From Clostridia bacterium (GTDB lineage Bacteria > Bacillota > Clostridia > Oscillospirales > CAG-272), in NCBI GenBank assembly GCA_017462485.1, contig JAFTRA010000035.1:168-64167 (forward strand): 64,000 nt of DNA. The letters run 5' to 3'. Position numbers and translations under genes: made by a program. Under the pieces are notes generated by a model. The model ran no database searches and had not been told where the DNA came from. It saw only the letters and a program-made list of their open reading frames with translations. Positions 1 through 9,361 of this stretch are shown here, piece by piece (the first letter of the stretch is position 1; the number at the start of each line of letters is the position of its first letter).

Positions 1-302
1 TACTTTATGAGGAATCACGGCATCTGCTTAAAGCTGACATCGTGCAAATGGCACACCACGGACATATGAATGTCGGAATGGAGGTTTATGCCGCCATTAT
101 GCCAGAAGCTTGCATGTGGTGTTGTGCGGATTGGCTGTACAACGAGCCCGAGATACCATCGTATCTCGAAAACCGCAAAAAATTGCGTGATATGCAGCGT
201 GAGCGTATGTACGGCACAACCGTAACGCGAAAATGGATGGATATTCTAGGCGTCAAGAAGCATTACGTTACCAAAGACGGAACTCACGCAATCGAGCTTT
301 GA
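1..302 (+). CDS. 3' end of a CDS that begins upstream of the window; function uncertain (possibly MBL-fold hydrolase C-terminus)
   Basis: The frame is open from base 3 to the stop at 300-302, so the listed 42..302 ORF is only the tail of a longer gene. ADIVQMAHHGHMNVG resembles the late HHG motif of ComEC/MBL-fold hydrolases. This is a motif-only guess. Confidence 0.3.
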   Translation, partial: LYEESRHLLKADIVQMAHHGHMNVGMEVYAAIMPEACMWCCADWLYNEPEIPSYLENRKKLRDMQRERMYGTTVTRKWMDILGVKKHYVTKDGTHAIEL

Positions 303-350
303 TATACGTATAACGACCCCAGAAAAATTGATAATTTAAAGGACATAAAC

Positions 351-986
351 ATGAAAAAGATATTGCTTATCGGTGACTCAATAAGAATGGGTTATGACAA
401 GTATGTAAAAGAGGCGCTTGCTGGTACTGCTGAGGTTTATTATCCCTCGGAAAACTGCAGATTTGCAGCGTATACTTTGAGATATGCACACGAGTGGAAA
501 AAGAAGCTTGAATTATCCGATGATGTCGACCTCGTTCACTGGAATGCGGGCCTTTGGGACGTTATAGAGATTATGGGTGACGAGCCTATTTCAACGCCCG
601 AATACTACGAAAACGTGATAAAAAGGATTGACAAAAGGCTCCGAGTGCTCTTTCCAAAGGCAAAAATCATTTTTGCAACCTCGACGGCGGTTGACCAGCC
701 GAAATGCACGTTCAGACATAACACTATCATAAAGCAATATAATGATATAGCTATAGAGGCTCTCAGCGGCACGGATACGATAATAAACGACCTTTATAAA
801 ATTACCGTTAATTGCCCGCCCGAGCTTCACTCCGACTCAGTTCACTATTACACTAACGGCGGAACTGAGCTTATAGGCGGAAAGGTTCTTGCGGTTATAT
901 GCAAAGAGCTTCGTATTTCCGCATCAGAGGTGAATTTAGAGAACTTTTCACCCGAAAATTACGATAAAGACAATATAGGATACTAA
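351..986 (+). CDS. SGNH/GDSL-family hydrolase (esterase)
   Basis: 211-aa ORF with SGNH block I near the N-terminus (LLIGDSIRMGY) and a block V-like DSVHY near the C-terminus. Confidence 0.85.
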   Translation: MKKILLIGDSIRMGYDKYVKEALAGTAEVYYPSENCRFAAYTLRYAHEWKKKLELSDDVDLVHWNAGLWDVIEIMGDEPISTPEYYENVIKRIDKRLRVLFPKAKIIFATSTAVDQPKCTFRHNTIIKQYNDIAIEALSGTDTIINDLYKITVNCPPELHSDSVHYYTNGGTELIGGKVLAVICKELRISASEVNLENFSPENYDKDNIGY

Positions 987-1013
987 TTCTTTATACAAGG
1001 AGTTTAAAGATTT

Positions 1014-1661
1014 ATGAAAACCATCGCATTTTTAGGAGACAGCATTACCTTTGGATACGCTTTATCCGATAAGGGCAAAAAATACTCAACTCTTCTCTCT
1101 GAAAGAATGGGACTTACCGAGGAAAACTACGGAATTACAGGAACTCTCGTCGCAAAGGCGGGACTCAATATTTCCGACGGGAAGGACTTCGTCAGCAGAA
1201 TGACTCTTATCGACAACGCTGACGTTGCCGTAATTTTCGGCGGAACTAACGACTATTTCTGGAGTGACAAGACGATTTCAGGTGAGGATAACGACTGCTA
1301 TTTCGACCACGCTCTCGATACTATTTGCCAACACATAAAAGAGGCGAGAGACGGAAAGATTACTCTCTTTGTTACCCCCTATCCTCACAACGGAATAGGA
1401 AACTATGAGGGCGGCGCAAAGTGGAATGACTCAAACAGACACGACACAAACGCTCTGAACTTCAACGGTCACAAGCTTGAGGACTACGTTTCGACTATCG
1501 AAAAGGTTGCGACAAAGCACGGTATTCCCTGCCTGAATCTTCACAAGGATTTCGAGTTTGATTGGCGTGAGCATACGACCGACGGCTGCCACCCGAATGA
1601 AAAGGGACACGAGCTTTTGGCTGCTGCTATTTTTGAAAAGCTGAACTCTTTAGCACAATAA
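1014..1661 (+). CDS. SGNH/GDSL-family hydrolase (esterase)
   Basis: 215 aa with block I FLGDSITFGY, block III GGTNDY and block V DGCHPNEKGH. AAGGAG RBS upstream. Confidence 0.9.
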   Translation: MKTIAFLGDSITFGYALSDKGKKYSTLLSERMGLTEENYGITGTLVAKAGLNISDGKDFVSRMTLIDNADVAVIFGGTNDYFWSDKTISGEDNDCYFDHALDTICQHIKEARDGKITLFVTPYPHNGIGNYEGGAKWNDSNRHDTNALNFNGHKLEDYVSTIEKVATKHGIPCLNLHKDFEFDWREHTTDGCHPNEKGHELLAAAIFEKLNSLAQ

Positions 1662-1665
1662 CCTT

Positions 1666-1688
1666 AACGGTAAAATACCGTTTTTCTT
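1666..1688 (+). terminator. Possible weak intrinsic terminator after the second SGNH gene
   Basis: AACGGTA-aaa-TACCGTT hairpin followed by TTTCTT, immediately after the stop at 1661. Confidence 0.45.
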
Positions 1689-1727
1689 GAGTTTAATAAT
1701 AGAATATTTACTTTTGAGGTGAAAAAA

Positions 1728-2954
1728 ATGAGCGAAATACATGAGAATTTAATCGAAATAACAAATTATGAGCTTCTCGGAAAGCTCCCTAACCCCTTCA
1801 TCTTCGACGACGGAAAAGAGATGGTAAGCCCTGTCGAGTGGCCTCGTCGAAGAAAGGAAATCTACAAAAGCGCTATTGAGCTTCAATACGGAACTCTTCC
1901 GCCCGAGCCCGAATTTTTAGAGGTTGAGCCGCTTTGCCTTGGCGGTGTCGGTCTTCCTCTTAACAGCTACCGTATTAAAACCGGAACGAGAGCTAACCCC
2001 GTAATATTCACTATGTATGTGTGGAAAGGCGCGGCGTTTGGCGCTCCTGCAGTTGTTTCGGGTGACCTTTGCTTCAAGTATCCCTTTGACTTGAACTATA
2101 TAAAAACGTTTTTAGACAACGGAATAAGCTTCGTTGCCTTTAACAGAACCGAAATTGCACCCGACGTTGCGGGATATAACCTTAACAGAATCGCTAAAGG
2201 CACGCGCGAGCACGAGCTTGGAAGCGAGGTTTACAAGTCGCTTTGCGAAAAGGACTGCGGCGGTCAGCTTAAAGCCGCATACCCTGAATATAGCTTTGGC
2301 GCTATCGGAGCTTGGGCTTGGGGCTATTCAAGATGTGTTGACGCTCTTGAAATTCTAGGCTTCACAAATATGAACGCGATAGCATTCACAGGTCACTCAA
2401 GAGGCGGTAAGACTGCTGCTCTTGCGGGCGCTGTTGACGAGAGAGCCGCAATAGTCAACCCCAACGCTTCCTGCTGCGGCGGTTATTCCTGCTACCGAAT
2501 AAATATAGAGGCAAAAACCGAGAGCGGAACTATTGAAAAGAGCGAAGACCTCGCTCACATATTCAGAATTTTCCCCGCTTGGATGGGTCCAGATATGAAG
2601 GAGTACATAGGCAGAGAAGCAGAGCTTCCCTTTGACGCTCACTATCTCAAGGCACTCGTTGCTCCGCGTGTTCTTTTCGTTTCCGAGGCGGCAAGCGACA
2701 TTATGGCCGACCCCGTAGGCTCTTGGCAGACTACTATTGCGGCAAGCGAGGTTTATAAGTTCCTCGGCTGTGAGGAAAACCTCATTTGGTACTACCGCTC
2801 CGGCGGTCACAATCATAGTTACGAGGATATTTCGCAGCTCGTTAACGTTATAAAGCACGTAACCGAGGGTGAGCCGCTTAACGACAAATACTTTAAGACA
2901 CCATTCAAGAAAATGCCGCTCGCTTTCGACTGGAAAGCGCCAAGCTCCAATTGA
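1728..2954 (+). CDS. Alpha/beta hydrolase, CE15-like glucuronoyl esterase
   Basis: The ORF is open from GTG 1719, but ATG 1728 follows a GAGGTG RBS. The nucleophile motif FTGHSRGGKTA matches the G-x-S-R-x-G-K signature of CE15 esterases. Neighbouring genes are carbohydrate esterases. Confidence 0.65.
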   Translation: MSEIHENLIEITNYELLGKLPNPFIFDDGKEMVSPVEWPRRRKEIYKSAIELQYGTLPPEPEFLEVEPLCLGGVGLPLNSYRIKTGTRANPVIFTMYVWKGAAFGAPAVVSGDLCFKYPFDLNYIKTFLDNGISFVAFNRTEIAPDVAGYNLNRIAKGTREHELGSEVYKSLCEKDCGGQLKAAYPEYSFGAIGAWAWGYSRCVDALEILGFTNMNAIAFTGHSRGGKTAALAGAVDERAAIVNPNASCCGGYSCYRINIEAKTESGTIEKSEDLAHIFRIFPAWMGPDMKEYIGREAELPFDAHYLKALVAPRVLFVSEAASDIMADPVGSWQTTIAASEVYKFLGCEENLIWYYRSGGHNHSYEDISQLVNVIKHVTEGEPLNDKYFKTPFKKMPLAFDWKAPSSN

Positions 2955-2971
2955 CCGTAGGGGGTAAGAAT

Positions 2972-3673
2972 ATGAACTGGCTGGGAAAGAAAAAAGCGTT
3001 AACGTTCAGCTACGACGACGGCGTAACGCAGGATATAAGACTCGTAGAGCTTTTCAATAAATACGGAATGAAGTGCACCTTTAACATAAATTCCGAGCTT
3101 CTCGGAAAACCGGGTGAGCTTAAGATAGAGGGTAAACCCATTTCGCACGTAAAAATTGCTCCCTCTGACGTTTGCAGTATATACGAGGGGCACGAAATAG
3201 CGGCGCACACTCTGACTCATCCTCTTCTCGTCAGGGTACAGGATGACGACGAGGTTGTTCGTCAGGTAGAGGAGGACAGGAAGAAGCTCTCCGAAATGTT
3301 TGGATATAACGTCGTTGGCTTTGCCTATCCCGGAGGAGGCGTAAACTTCGACTCGCGCTTATCTAAGCTTATACGTGAAAGGACGGGCGTTAAATACGCA
3401 AGAACAACTCAAACCACGAAAAGTTTCGACCTGCCCGACAACCTTTACGAATTCAAGCCCACGGTTCATCACACGGATTTTGACGAGCTTATGCGCCTTG
3501 GAAAAGAATTTTTGAAGCTCGACACGGATTCCCACGCCCTCTTCTACATATGGGGTCACTCTTACGAGTTCGACGTTCACGACTCGTGGGAAAGATTTGA
3601 GGAATTTCTTAAGATGATGGCGAACCGCGACGACATATTCTACGCAACGAACAAAGAAGCTTTTGGACTTTAA
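2972..3673 (+). CDS. Polysaccharide deacetylase (NodB/CE4 family)
   Basis: ATG 2972 follows a GGGGGTAAG RBS; the ORF is open from TTG 2951. CE4 motifs TFSYDDG and HTLTHP are present. Confidence 0.85.
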   Translation: MNWLGKKKALTFSYDDGVTQDIRLVELFNKYGMKCTFNINSELLGKPGELKIEGKPISHVKIAPSDVCSIYEGHEIAAHTLTHPLLVRVQDDDEVVRQVEEDRKKLSEMFGYNVVGFAYPGGGVNFDSRLSKLIRERTGVKYARTTQTTKSFDLPDNLYEFKPTVHHTDFDELMRLGKEFLKLDTDSHALFYIWGHSYEFDVHDSWERFEEFLKMMANRDDIFYATNKEAFGL

Positions 3674-3683
3674 ATTTGCGAAA

Positions 3684-3974
3684 ATGAAAAAAAAGAAAAA
3701 TTCAAAAAAGAGTAAAGCTCTTGAAATAGTTCTTGAGATTATTCTGGAAATTGCCATCACCGCCGTATTTTTTGGCATAGGTTATGCGGTATTGAGACTC
3801 TTTGGCTGCGAGGCGGACGCTATGGAGTACGACGTTGACGGAGTTGCTCTTATCGGATTTGCCGTGATAGCCGCTGTCTGTATTATAGCTTTTATTTTGT
3901 TTAAAGCGGTGAGAAGAAAAAGCGTTCCGTCAGCAAACGATAACAATAAAAATGAAACGAAAAAAGGAGATTAA
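3684..3974 (+). CDS. Small membrane protein, unknown function
   Basis: Lys-rich N-terminus followed by two hydrophobic helices. ATG 3684 lies just past the CE4 stop. No recognisable domain. Confidence 0.5.
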   Translation: MKKKKNSKKSKALEIVLEIILEIAITAVFFGIGYAVLRLFGCEADAMEYDVDGVALIGFAVIAAVCIIAFILFKAVRRKSVPSANDNNKNETKKGD

Positions 3975-3976
3975 AA

Positions 3977-4993
3977 ATGGCGAAGAAAGCAAAGCTTTGC
4001 ACTAAAATCCTTTTGAGCACCGTCTCTTTGATTTTAATATTTATGGTAGTTATAAATCTCATACCGCCAAAGAAAAACGTTTCCGAAAATCCCTTCGTCG
4101 TCGCTGACGGAGAGCTTCCCATGATAGCGGCGCACAGAGGCGGCGGAGACAACAATCCCGAAAATACCATGCTCGCTTTCAGAGAAGCTGTAAGAACTAT
4201 CGGGGTTGACATAATAGAGAGCGACCTTTATCTTACCAAGGACGGATATCTCGTTTACAACCACGACTCTTATATAGACGAAACCTGCAACGTAAACGGT
4301 GATATTTCCAAAGACGAGGTTCTGGAGCTTTGCAAAGACAAGGCTAACAGACATTACATAAAGGATATGACACTTGCCGAGCTTGAGGAGTATAACTTCG
4401 GCTATTACTTTGAAAACGAAGAGGGCGAGAGAATATATAAGGACGCAGAAAACGTAGAGGAGCTGGGGCTTCAGATAGCAACGGTAGACAAACTTTTCGC
4501 TGAATTCTATGAGAGCCATCCCGACTTGCTTTTCATTGTTGAAATAAAGAACGAAGGAGAGCTTGGCTACCGTGCCTGCGAAATTCTTTACAATACCCTC
4601 TCACAATACCCCGAATATATGAAAAACATCGTCGTAGGAACCTTCCACGACGAGATTGAGACAGAGCTTAAAGAAAAATACCCCTCTCTTTTGAGAGGAG
4701 CTCCCACGGGTACGGCGGCGAAGTTTATTCTCACGCAGTTTCTTCGCGTGAACATTTTTGACAATAGCGATTTCGCTTGCTTACAGATACCTATGGGCTA
4801 TGACCTTGGAATTGAGCTTGACCTCGCGAAGAAAACCATAATCAAGCGAGCTCACAGAAGAAATATTGCAGTACAGTTTTGGACTATCAACGACCCCGAC
4901 GAGATGCGCGAGCTTATCGAGCTTGGGTGCGACTGCATTATGACGGACAATCCTAAGTTACTAAAGCAAGTGCTTGAGGAATACAAGAACTAA
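3977..4993 (+). CDS. Membrane-anchored glycerophosphodiester phosphodiesterase (GDPD family)
   Basis: N-terminal hydrophobic anchor, then the GDPD signature PMIAAHRGGGDNNPENTMLAFREA and ESDLYLTKDG. AAAGGAG RBS. Confidence 0.9.
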   Translation: MAKKAKLCTKILLSTVSLILIFMVVINLIPPKKNVSENPFVVADGELPMIAAHRGGGDNNPENTMLAFREAVRTIGVDIIESDLYLTKDGYLVYNHDSYIDETCNVNGDISKDEVLELCKDKANRHYIKDMTLAELEEYNFGYYFENEEGERIYKDAENVEELGLQIATVDKLFAEFYESHPDLLFIVEIKNEGELGYRACEILYNTLSQYPEYMKNIVVGTFHDEIETELKEKYPSLLRGAPTGTAAKFILTQFLRVNIFDNSDFACLQIPMGYDLGIELDLAKKTIIKRAHRRNIAVQFWTINDPDEMRELIELGCDCIMTDNPKLLKQVLEEYKN

Positions 4994-5048
4994 CTTAAGC
5001 ACGTAAAAAAGAGCATATCGGCTACTACAAACAATTTTGGAGAAACTT

Positions 5049-5291
5049 ATGAAAAAGAAACTTTTGAAGCTTTCGCTTATTATGCTTATCGTCGCAGTTT
5101 TCGTCTTTATTTTCAATTACTTCTTTTTCCACTTCGTAACCGACGACGGAATTACGCTTACGTGGCAGCCCGAGGCAGGAAAGCCATTCGTTGCTTCGAT
5201 GATATCTACCCTCGGCGTGCTCTTTTTCTTCGGAAGCGCGGCAAGCCTTATGACAGCACTCGTGCTGTTTGATGACAAGGAGCAGAGATGA
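5049..5291 (+). CDS. Small membrane protein, unknown function
   Basis: ATG 5049 follows GGAG; the ORF is open from TTG 5037. Two hydrophobic segments. Its stop overlaps the next start (ATGA at 5288-5291). Confidence 0.5.
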   Translation: MKKKLLKLSLIMLIVAVFVFIFNYFFFHFVTDDGITLTWQPEAGKPFVASMISTLGVLFFFGSAASLMTALVLFDDKEQR

Positions 5292-6274
5292 AAAAACATT
5301 ATTTAAAGCTAAGCGAAGAGCCGTTTTTGCTAATAAAAGTTGGCGAAAAGACGATAGAACTGCGTTTGTATGACAAAAAAAGACAGGCTCTTAAGATAGG
5401 AGATATCATAGAATTCTCCAACACTTCTGACCAAAATCAAAAAATCAATTGCAAAATTTCAGCTCTCTACGTATATAAAAGCTTCGAGGAGCTTTACGCA
5501 TCTCTTCCGCTTGACAGATGCGGATACACTGAGGAAAACATCTCTCGCGCCTCGCACCTTGATATGCGCGCCTACTACTCCGAGGAAGACGAGAGAAAGT
5601 GGGGTGTCGTCGGTATCGAGCTTAAGCTTCTTAATACTGATAACATATATGTCTTCGACCTTGACGGCACGCTTATAAACTCTATGCCCGCCTGCCGCTC
5701 GGCAATTCAGGCTATGACTGCCGAGGACGGAGTAAGCTACAGTGAGCAGCTTTTAAAGGAAATAATTCCTCTTGGATTCGCCGGAGCGTCAAGATATTAC
5801 ATAGAGCATTTCGGACTCAACGAAGGCTTTGAATCAGTATCTATACGTTTAGGCGCTCATTTCTTGCACGCATATGAGAAGAATATTCCTCTGAAAGAGG
5901 GAGTTTTTGAATACCTCTCTCGCCTTAAAAGTGATGGAAAGCGTCTTTTTATTCTCACTGCGAACTCACATGTACTTGCCGACGCTTGCCTCAAGGGTAA
6001 CCGTATATACGAGCTTTTTGAGTCGGTATGGTCCACCGATGATTTCGGTATGAATAAGGCTTCGTCTGACATTTATTTCACTCTCGCTGAGAAAATAGGC
6101 TGCGATGCGTGTGAAATTAACTACTTTGACGACAGCGTTATAGCTGTAAAATCCGCAAGCGACGCAGGATGCTTATCCTATGGCGTTCACGAGTCACAGA
6201 GCGACTGTGATATTGCGCTTATGAAGAACGTGTGTCACAAATTCATATATAGCTTTGAGGAACTCATAAAATGA
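5288..6274 (+). CDS. ASCH-domain / HAD-superfamily hydrolase fusion protein
   Basis: The N-terminal ~115 aa look like a PUA-like ASCH domain (LIKVGEKTIELRLYDKKRQALKIGDII). The C-terminal half has HAD motif I (VFDLDGTLINS) and a later FDDS motif. Confidence 0.75.
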   Translation: MKKHYLKLSEEPFLLIKVGEKTIELRLYDKKRQALKIGDIIEFSNTSDQNQKINCKISALYVYKSFEELYASLPLDRCGYTEENISRASHLDMRAYYSEEDERKWGVVGIELKLLNTDNIYVFDLDGTLINSMPACRSAIQAMTAEDGVSYSEQLLKEIIPLGFAGASRYYIEHFGLNEGFESVSIRLGAHFLHAYEKNIPLKEGVFEYLSRLKSDGKRLFILTANSHVLADACLKGNRIYELFESVWSTDDFGMNKASSDIYFTLAEKIGCDACEINYFDDSVIAVKSASDAGCLSYGVHESQSDCDIALMKNVCHKFIYSFEELIK

Positions 6275-7113
6275 AAAACAGGCTTCTTCTTATAGACGGT
6301 CATAATCTGCTTTTTCAGATGTTTTTCGGAATGCCTACGAGAATTCCCTCTCGAGACGGATTTGCGATACAAGGCGTTATAGGCTTCGTCGGAGCGGTTG
6401 GTAAGCTGATAAATATGCTTTCCCCCACGCATGTGTTAATTCTTTTCGACTCCGAAACGCACAATCCGAGATTTGAGCTTCTCGAGGACTACAAGGCGGG
6501 GCGACCCGATTACTCCGATATGCCCGACGATGAAAACCCTTTTACGCAGTTACCTTACATATACCGTGCCCTCAATTTTATGGGGATAGCTCACACCGAA
6601 GTAACCAACGCCGAGACAGATGACGTGATAGCGAGCTACGCTCTTACGGCAGACGCTGACACCGAGGTTTACATATCCTCATTTGACAGCGACTATTTTC
6701 AGCTCATCACAAACAGAGTAAAGATAATCCGTTACCGCGGCGACTCTTCGGTGATTTGCGACTCCTGCTATATTTTGAAAAAGCTCGGCATAATTCCCTC
6801 TCTTTACAGAGATTTCAAGGCTCTTGTCGGAGACACGTCGGACAATATCGGGGGAATTCGAGGCGTCGGACCGAAAACAGCGGCGAAGATTCTCAACGAA
6901 TACGGCTCTCTTGAGGAGCTTCTTCCGGACCCCTCTCGTATTCCCGACGAAAAGACGAGGCGGATTATTTCGGAAAATTACGACCTGCTTCTACGCAACA
7001 TAGCCCTGATAGGACTTGACACTCACGCGCCGATGCCCTTCTCGCTTGATAAGCTTCATACACCAACCGAGAGATTTCGTACTATGGACGTGATACGAGG
7101 CATCGGGCTTTAA
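6271..7113 (+). CDS. 5'-3' exonuclease / flap endonuclease (Pol I N-terminal domain-like, stand-alone)
   Basis: LLLIDGHNLLFQ, YKAGRP, ETDDVIASY, SFDSDYFQL, and the H3TH motif GDTSDNIGGIRGVGPKTAAKIL. ATGA overlap with the upstream gene. Confidence 0.9.
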   Translation: MKNRLLLIDGHNLLFQMFFGMPTRIPSRDGFAIQGVIGFVGAVGKLINMLSPTHVLILFDSETHNPRFELLEDYKAGRPDYSDMPDDENPFTQLPYIYRALNFMGIAHTEVTNAETDDVIASYALTADADTEVYISSFDSDYFQLITNRVKIIRYRGDSSVICDSCYILKKLGIIPSLYRDFKALVGDTSDNIGGIRGVGPKTAAKILNEYGSLEELLPDPSRIPDEKTRRIISENYDLLLRNIALIGLDTHAPMPFSLDKLHTPTERFRTMDVIRGIGL

Positions 7114-7202
7114 GACCTCTTAAAGCACAGGCTATATCGATAAGAAAATGCGGTGATTTTCCCATTGATTACCACTCTTTTGACGAAAAATTTACAAAAT
7201 AT

Positions 7203-7232
7203 TTGACATTTGTCAAAAAACATACATAAAAT
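7203..7232 (+). promoter_or_regulatory. Candidate sigma-A promoter with an overlapping 16-bp palindrome
   Basis: TTGACA (7203-7208), an 18-nt spacer, then TAAAAT (7227-7232). The -35 element sits inside the perfect inverted repeat TTTGACA-tt-TGTCAAA (7202-7217). Confidence 0.35.
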
Positions 7233-7282
7233 TTATGATATTATATTTATATTATGCCAAAATTATCAGGGGGGACTGAAAA

Positions 7283-8431
7283 ATGAAACACAAACTCAAA
7301 ATAGCTTTTATACTTGCCGTGGAATTCGCGGCGTTGATAACTGTGCTCGTGCTCATCTTCCTCGCGGGAAAGAAGCAATACACCGTTACCTTCGACTTAA
7401 ACGGCGGAACTCTTCTTTCGGGCGACCTTGAGCAGCACGTAACTCAGGGTCATAATGCGACGCCCCCCTCAGCTTACAAGGAAGGACATTACCTCAGAGG
7501 CTGGAGCGGAAACTATCAGAAGGTAACGGGTGACAGCAGGGTTACTGCCATCTGGGAGTACGTAACGACCGCGGGTATTGAATACACAAAAAAGAGCGGC
7601 GCTACCTATACCGAGATCTCAGGCTGCTTCAAGGCCTTATCGGGTAAGGTTTACATAGGTGCTTACCACGACAACGTTATAGTTTTTTCGGTGAGGGACT
7701 CTTCGTTCGAGGACTGCTCCAAAATCACCGATATCCATATGCTTGACGGTATCATCACCATTGGCAACAGAGCCTTTGCGGGCTGCACCTCGCTCACCGA
7801 GATAGATTTGCCGAGCACGGTAACCTCGATAGGCGACGAAGCGTTTGAAAACTGCAAGGAGCTCAAAAAGATAACTCTCCCGAAATCGCTTGAAACTCTT
7901 GGCGAGCGAGCTTTCGCCGGTTGCGAGAGTCTTGAAGAAATCTACATTCCCGACACTGTTAAATATATTTCGGAAAATGCCTTTGAGGGACTTGAAAATC
8001 TCAAAAAGGTAGTCTTCGTTGATTACGGGAACAAAAAAACCGAGAATGACAACAATACCAAAAACCCGGACAGCAACGAAGACGAGAATAGCGAAGAGGA
8101 AGAAAATATCCCCGAGCTTATAATCGGCTCTTACGCATTCTCCGGCTGCACCTCTCTCGAAGAAATAATTCTCCCCGAGGGCGTATCTTATATCGGTAAC
8201 GGCGCATTCTCCGGATGCTCCTCTCTTGCCTATATAGTTATTCCAAAAAGCGTAGAGTTTATGGGTGAGGGTGTATTTGACACGGATATCGCCATTTACA
8301 CATATATGGAAGAGGGCGACGAATTTCCGGAAGGCTTTGCTAGCGGCTGGTACACCGGTGATTCTACTCTGGTTTACGGATATAACGGAGAGGATATAAC
8401 GATAGAAACCGACGAAGAAGAGGCAGAATAA
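7283..8431 (+). CDS. Membrane-anchored surface protein with a Listeria-Bacteroides (Flg_new) repeat and BspA-type leucine-rich repeats
   Basis: N-terminal TM helix. YTVTFDLNGGTL...RGWSG...VTAIWE is a Flg_new-type repeat. Repeated units of the form I.IP.SV..IG..AF.GC.SL..I appear. An acidic, Asn-rich linker is present. Confidence 0.85.
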   Translation: MKHKLKIAFILAVEFAALITVLVLIFLAGKKQYTVTFDLNGGTLLSGDLEQHVTQGHNATPPSAYKEGHYLRGWSGNYQKVTGDSRVTAIWEYVTTAGIEYTKKSGATYTEISGCFKALSGKVYIGAYHDNVIVFSVRDSSFEDCSKITDIHMLDGIITIGNRAFAGCTSLTEIDLPSTVTSIGDEAFENCKELKKITLPKSLETLGERAFAGCESLEEIYIPDTVKYISENAFEGLENLKKVVFVDYGNKKTENDNNTKNPDSNEDENSEEEENIPELIIGSYAFSGCTSLEEIILPEGVSYIGNGAFSGCSSLAYIVIPKSVEFMGEGVFDTDIAIYTYMEEGDEFPEGFASGWYTGDSTLVYGYNGEDITIETDEEEAE

Positions 8432-8432
8432 T

Positions 8433-9179
8433 ATGAATATGCAACTTATGCTGGGCGTAGCCACGGCATGCTATTTCATAAGCCTGCTCCTGATATGCCT
8501 ATATAAACATAGAATAAACACGAAGATTTGCAACGCCGTGTTCATAGTAGCCGACATGATATTCTTCTTCTGCTGGAACTACGCATACGCTGAAAAGGGT
8601 TGGCTCGACGACGGCTTTATGACGCTTGAAAACATAAGCCCGTTCATATTCACTGTAATTCCGCTTACCCTGTTTATGAATAAAAAGACCAAGGAATTTG
8701 CTTTTTCGGCAATTGCGTTTTTGCACCTTGGCATGTTTCTCGCGCTTTTCATAAGCCCGGAATATGAGGTTATATTCCGTATGAAGACAGAGGCGACGCT
8801 TGCCTACGCAGGCGAAGCTATTTGCCACATGATAGCGTCGCTCTTCGGACTCTATCTCGTGCTTTCGGGACAAGTCAAGGCAGATTTCTCCCACTGGATA
8901 AAATCGATAGTCTTTATGCTGGGCACGATAACCTTCGGAGTTTTCTTAAACCTTACGCTTGATACCTATTGCTTTAATATGAACCCTAACAAATACTCCA
9001 TTTATATGATTAATATTTTTGACAGCTTTGAGGCGACCATGGCGGCATACTATCTCGGAGTTTTCCTCGTGCTTACACTCGGTATGCAGTCAGCTTACGC
9101 ATTCAACAAGCTCGTTGATAAGCTTCATATTCAGCACAAAGCTTATAAAATTGTTCAGTCAAGAAAGAATAAGGCTTAA
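8433..9179 (+). CDS. Polytopic membrane protein, unknown function
   Basis: 248 aa with about 7 hydrophobic segments. The start lies 2 nt after the LRR gene stop, suggesting co-transcription. Confidence 0.6.
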   Translation: MNMQLMLGVATACYFISLLLICLYKHRINTKICNAVFIVADMIFFFCWNYAYAEKGWLDDGFMTLENISPFIFTVIPLTLFMNKKTKEFAFSAIAFLHLGMFLALFISPEYEVIFRMKTEATLAYAGEAICHMIASLFGLYLVLSGQVKADFSHWIKSIVFMLGTITFGVFLNLTLDTYCFNMNPNKYSIYMINIFDSFEATMAAYYLGVFLVLTLGMQSAYAFNKLVDKLHIQHKAYKIVQSRKNKA

Positions 9180-9187
9180 AAATTTAC

Positions 9188-9223
9188 GGCGGTCTGCTTT
9201 AAGTCAGACCGCCCTTTTTATTT
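9188..9223 (+). terminator. Intrinsic terminator
   Basis: GGCGGTCTG-ctttaagt-CAGACCGCC perfect 9-bp stem followed by CTTTTTATTT. Confidence 0.8.
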
Positions 9224-9361
9224 ATATATTTCACTGCGTGTCATATGCTTTATATAGATTTTGCATAAGCTTTGCTTTTTTTCGCTATCTATTGATTTTA
9301 TTTTAAGCTTGTGGTAAAATACTATAAACGTATAAATTTTAACTACTTGAAAGGAAGCAAA

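Noticed and set aside
7637-8464. 275-aa minus-strand ORF antisense to the LRR protein gene
   Set aside because: Shadow ORF. The + strand product has clear Flg_new and LRR repeats, while the antisense translation has no motifs and no RBS.
9019-9306. 95-aa + strand ORF spanning the end of the membrane-protein gene and the terminator at 9188-9223
   Set aside because: It overlaps a better-supported frame and reads through an intrinsic terminator. There is no RBS.
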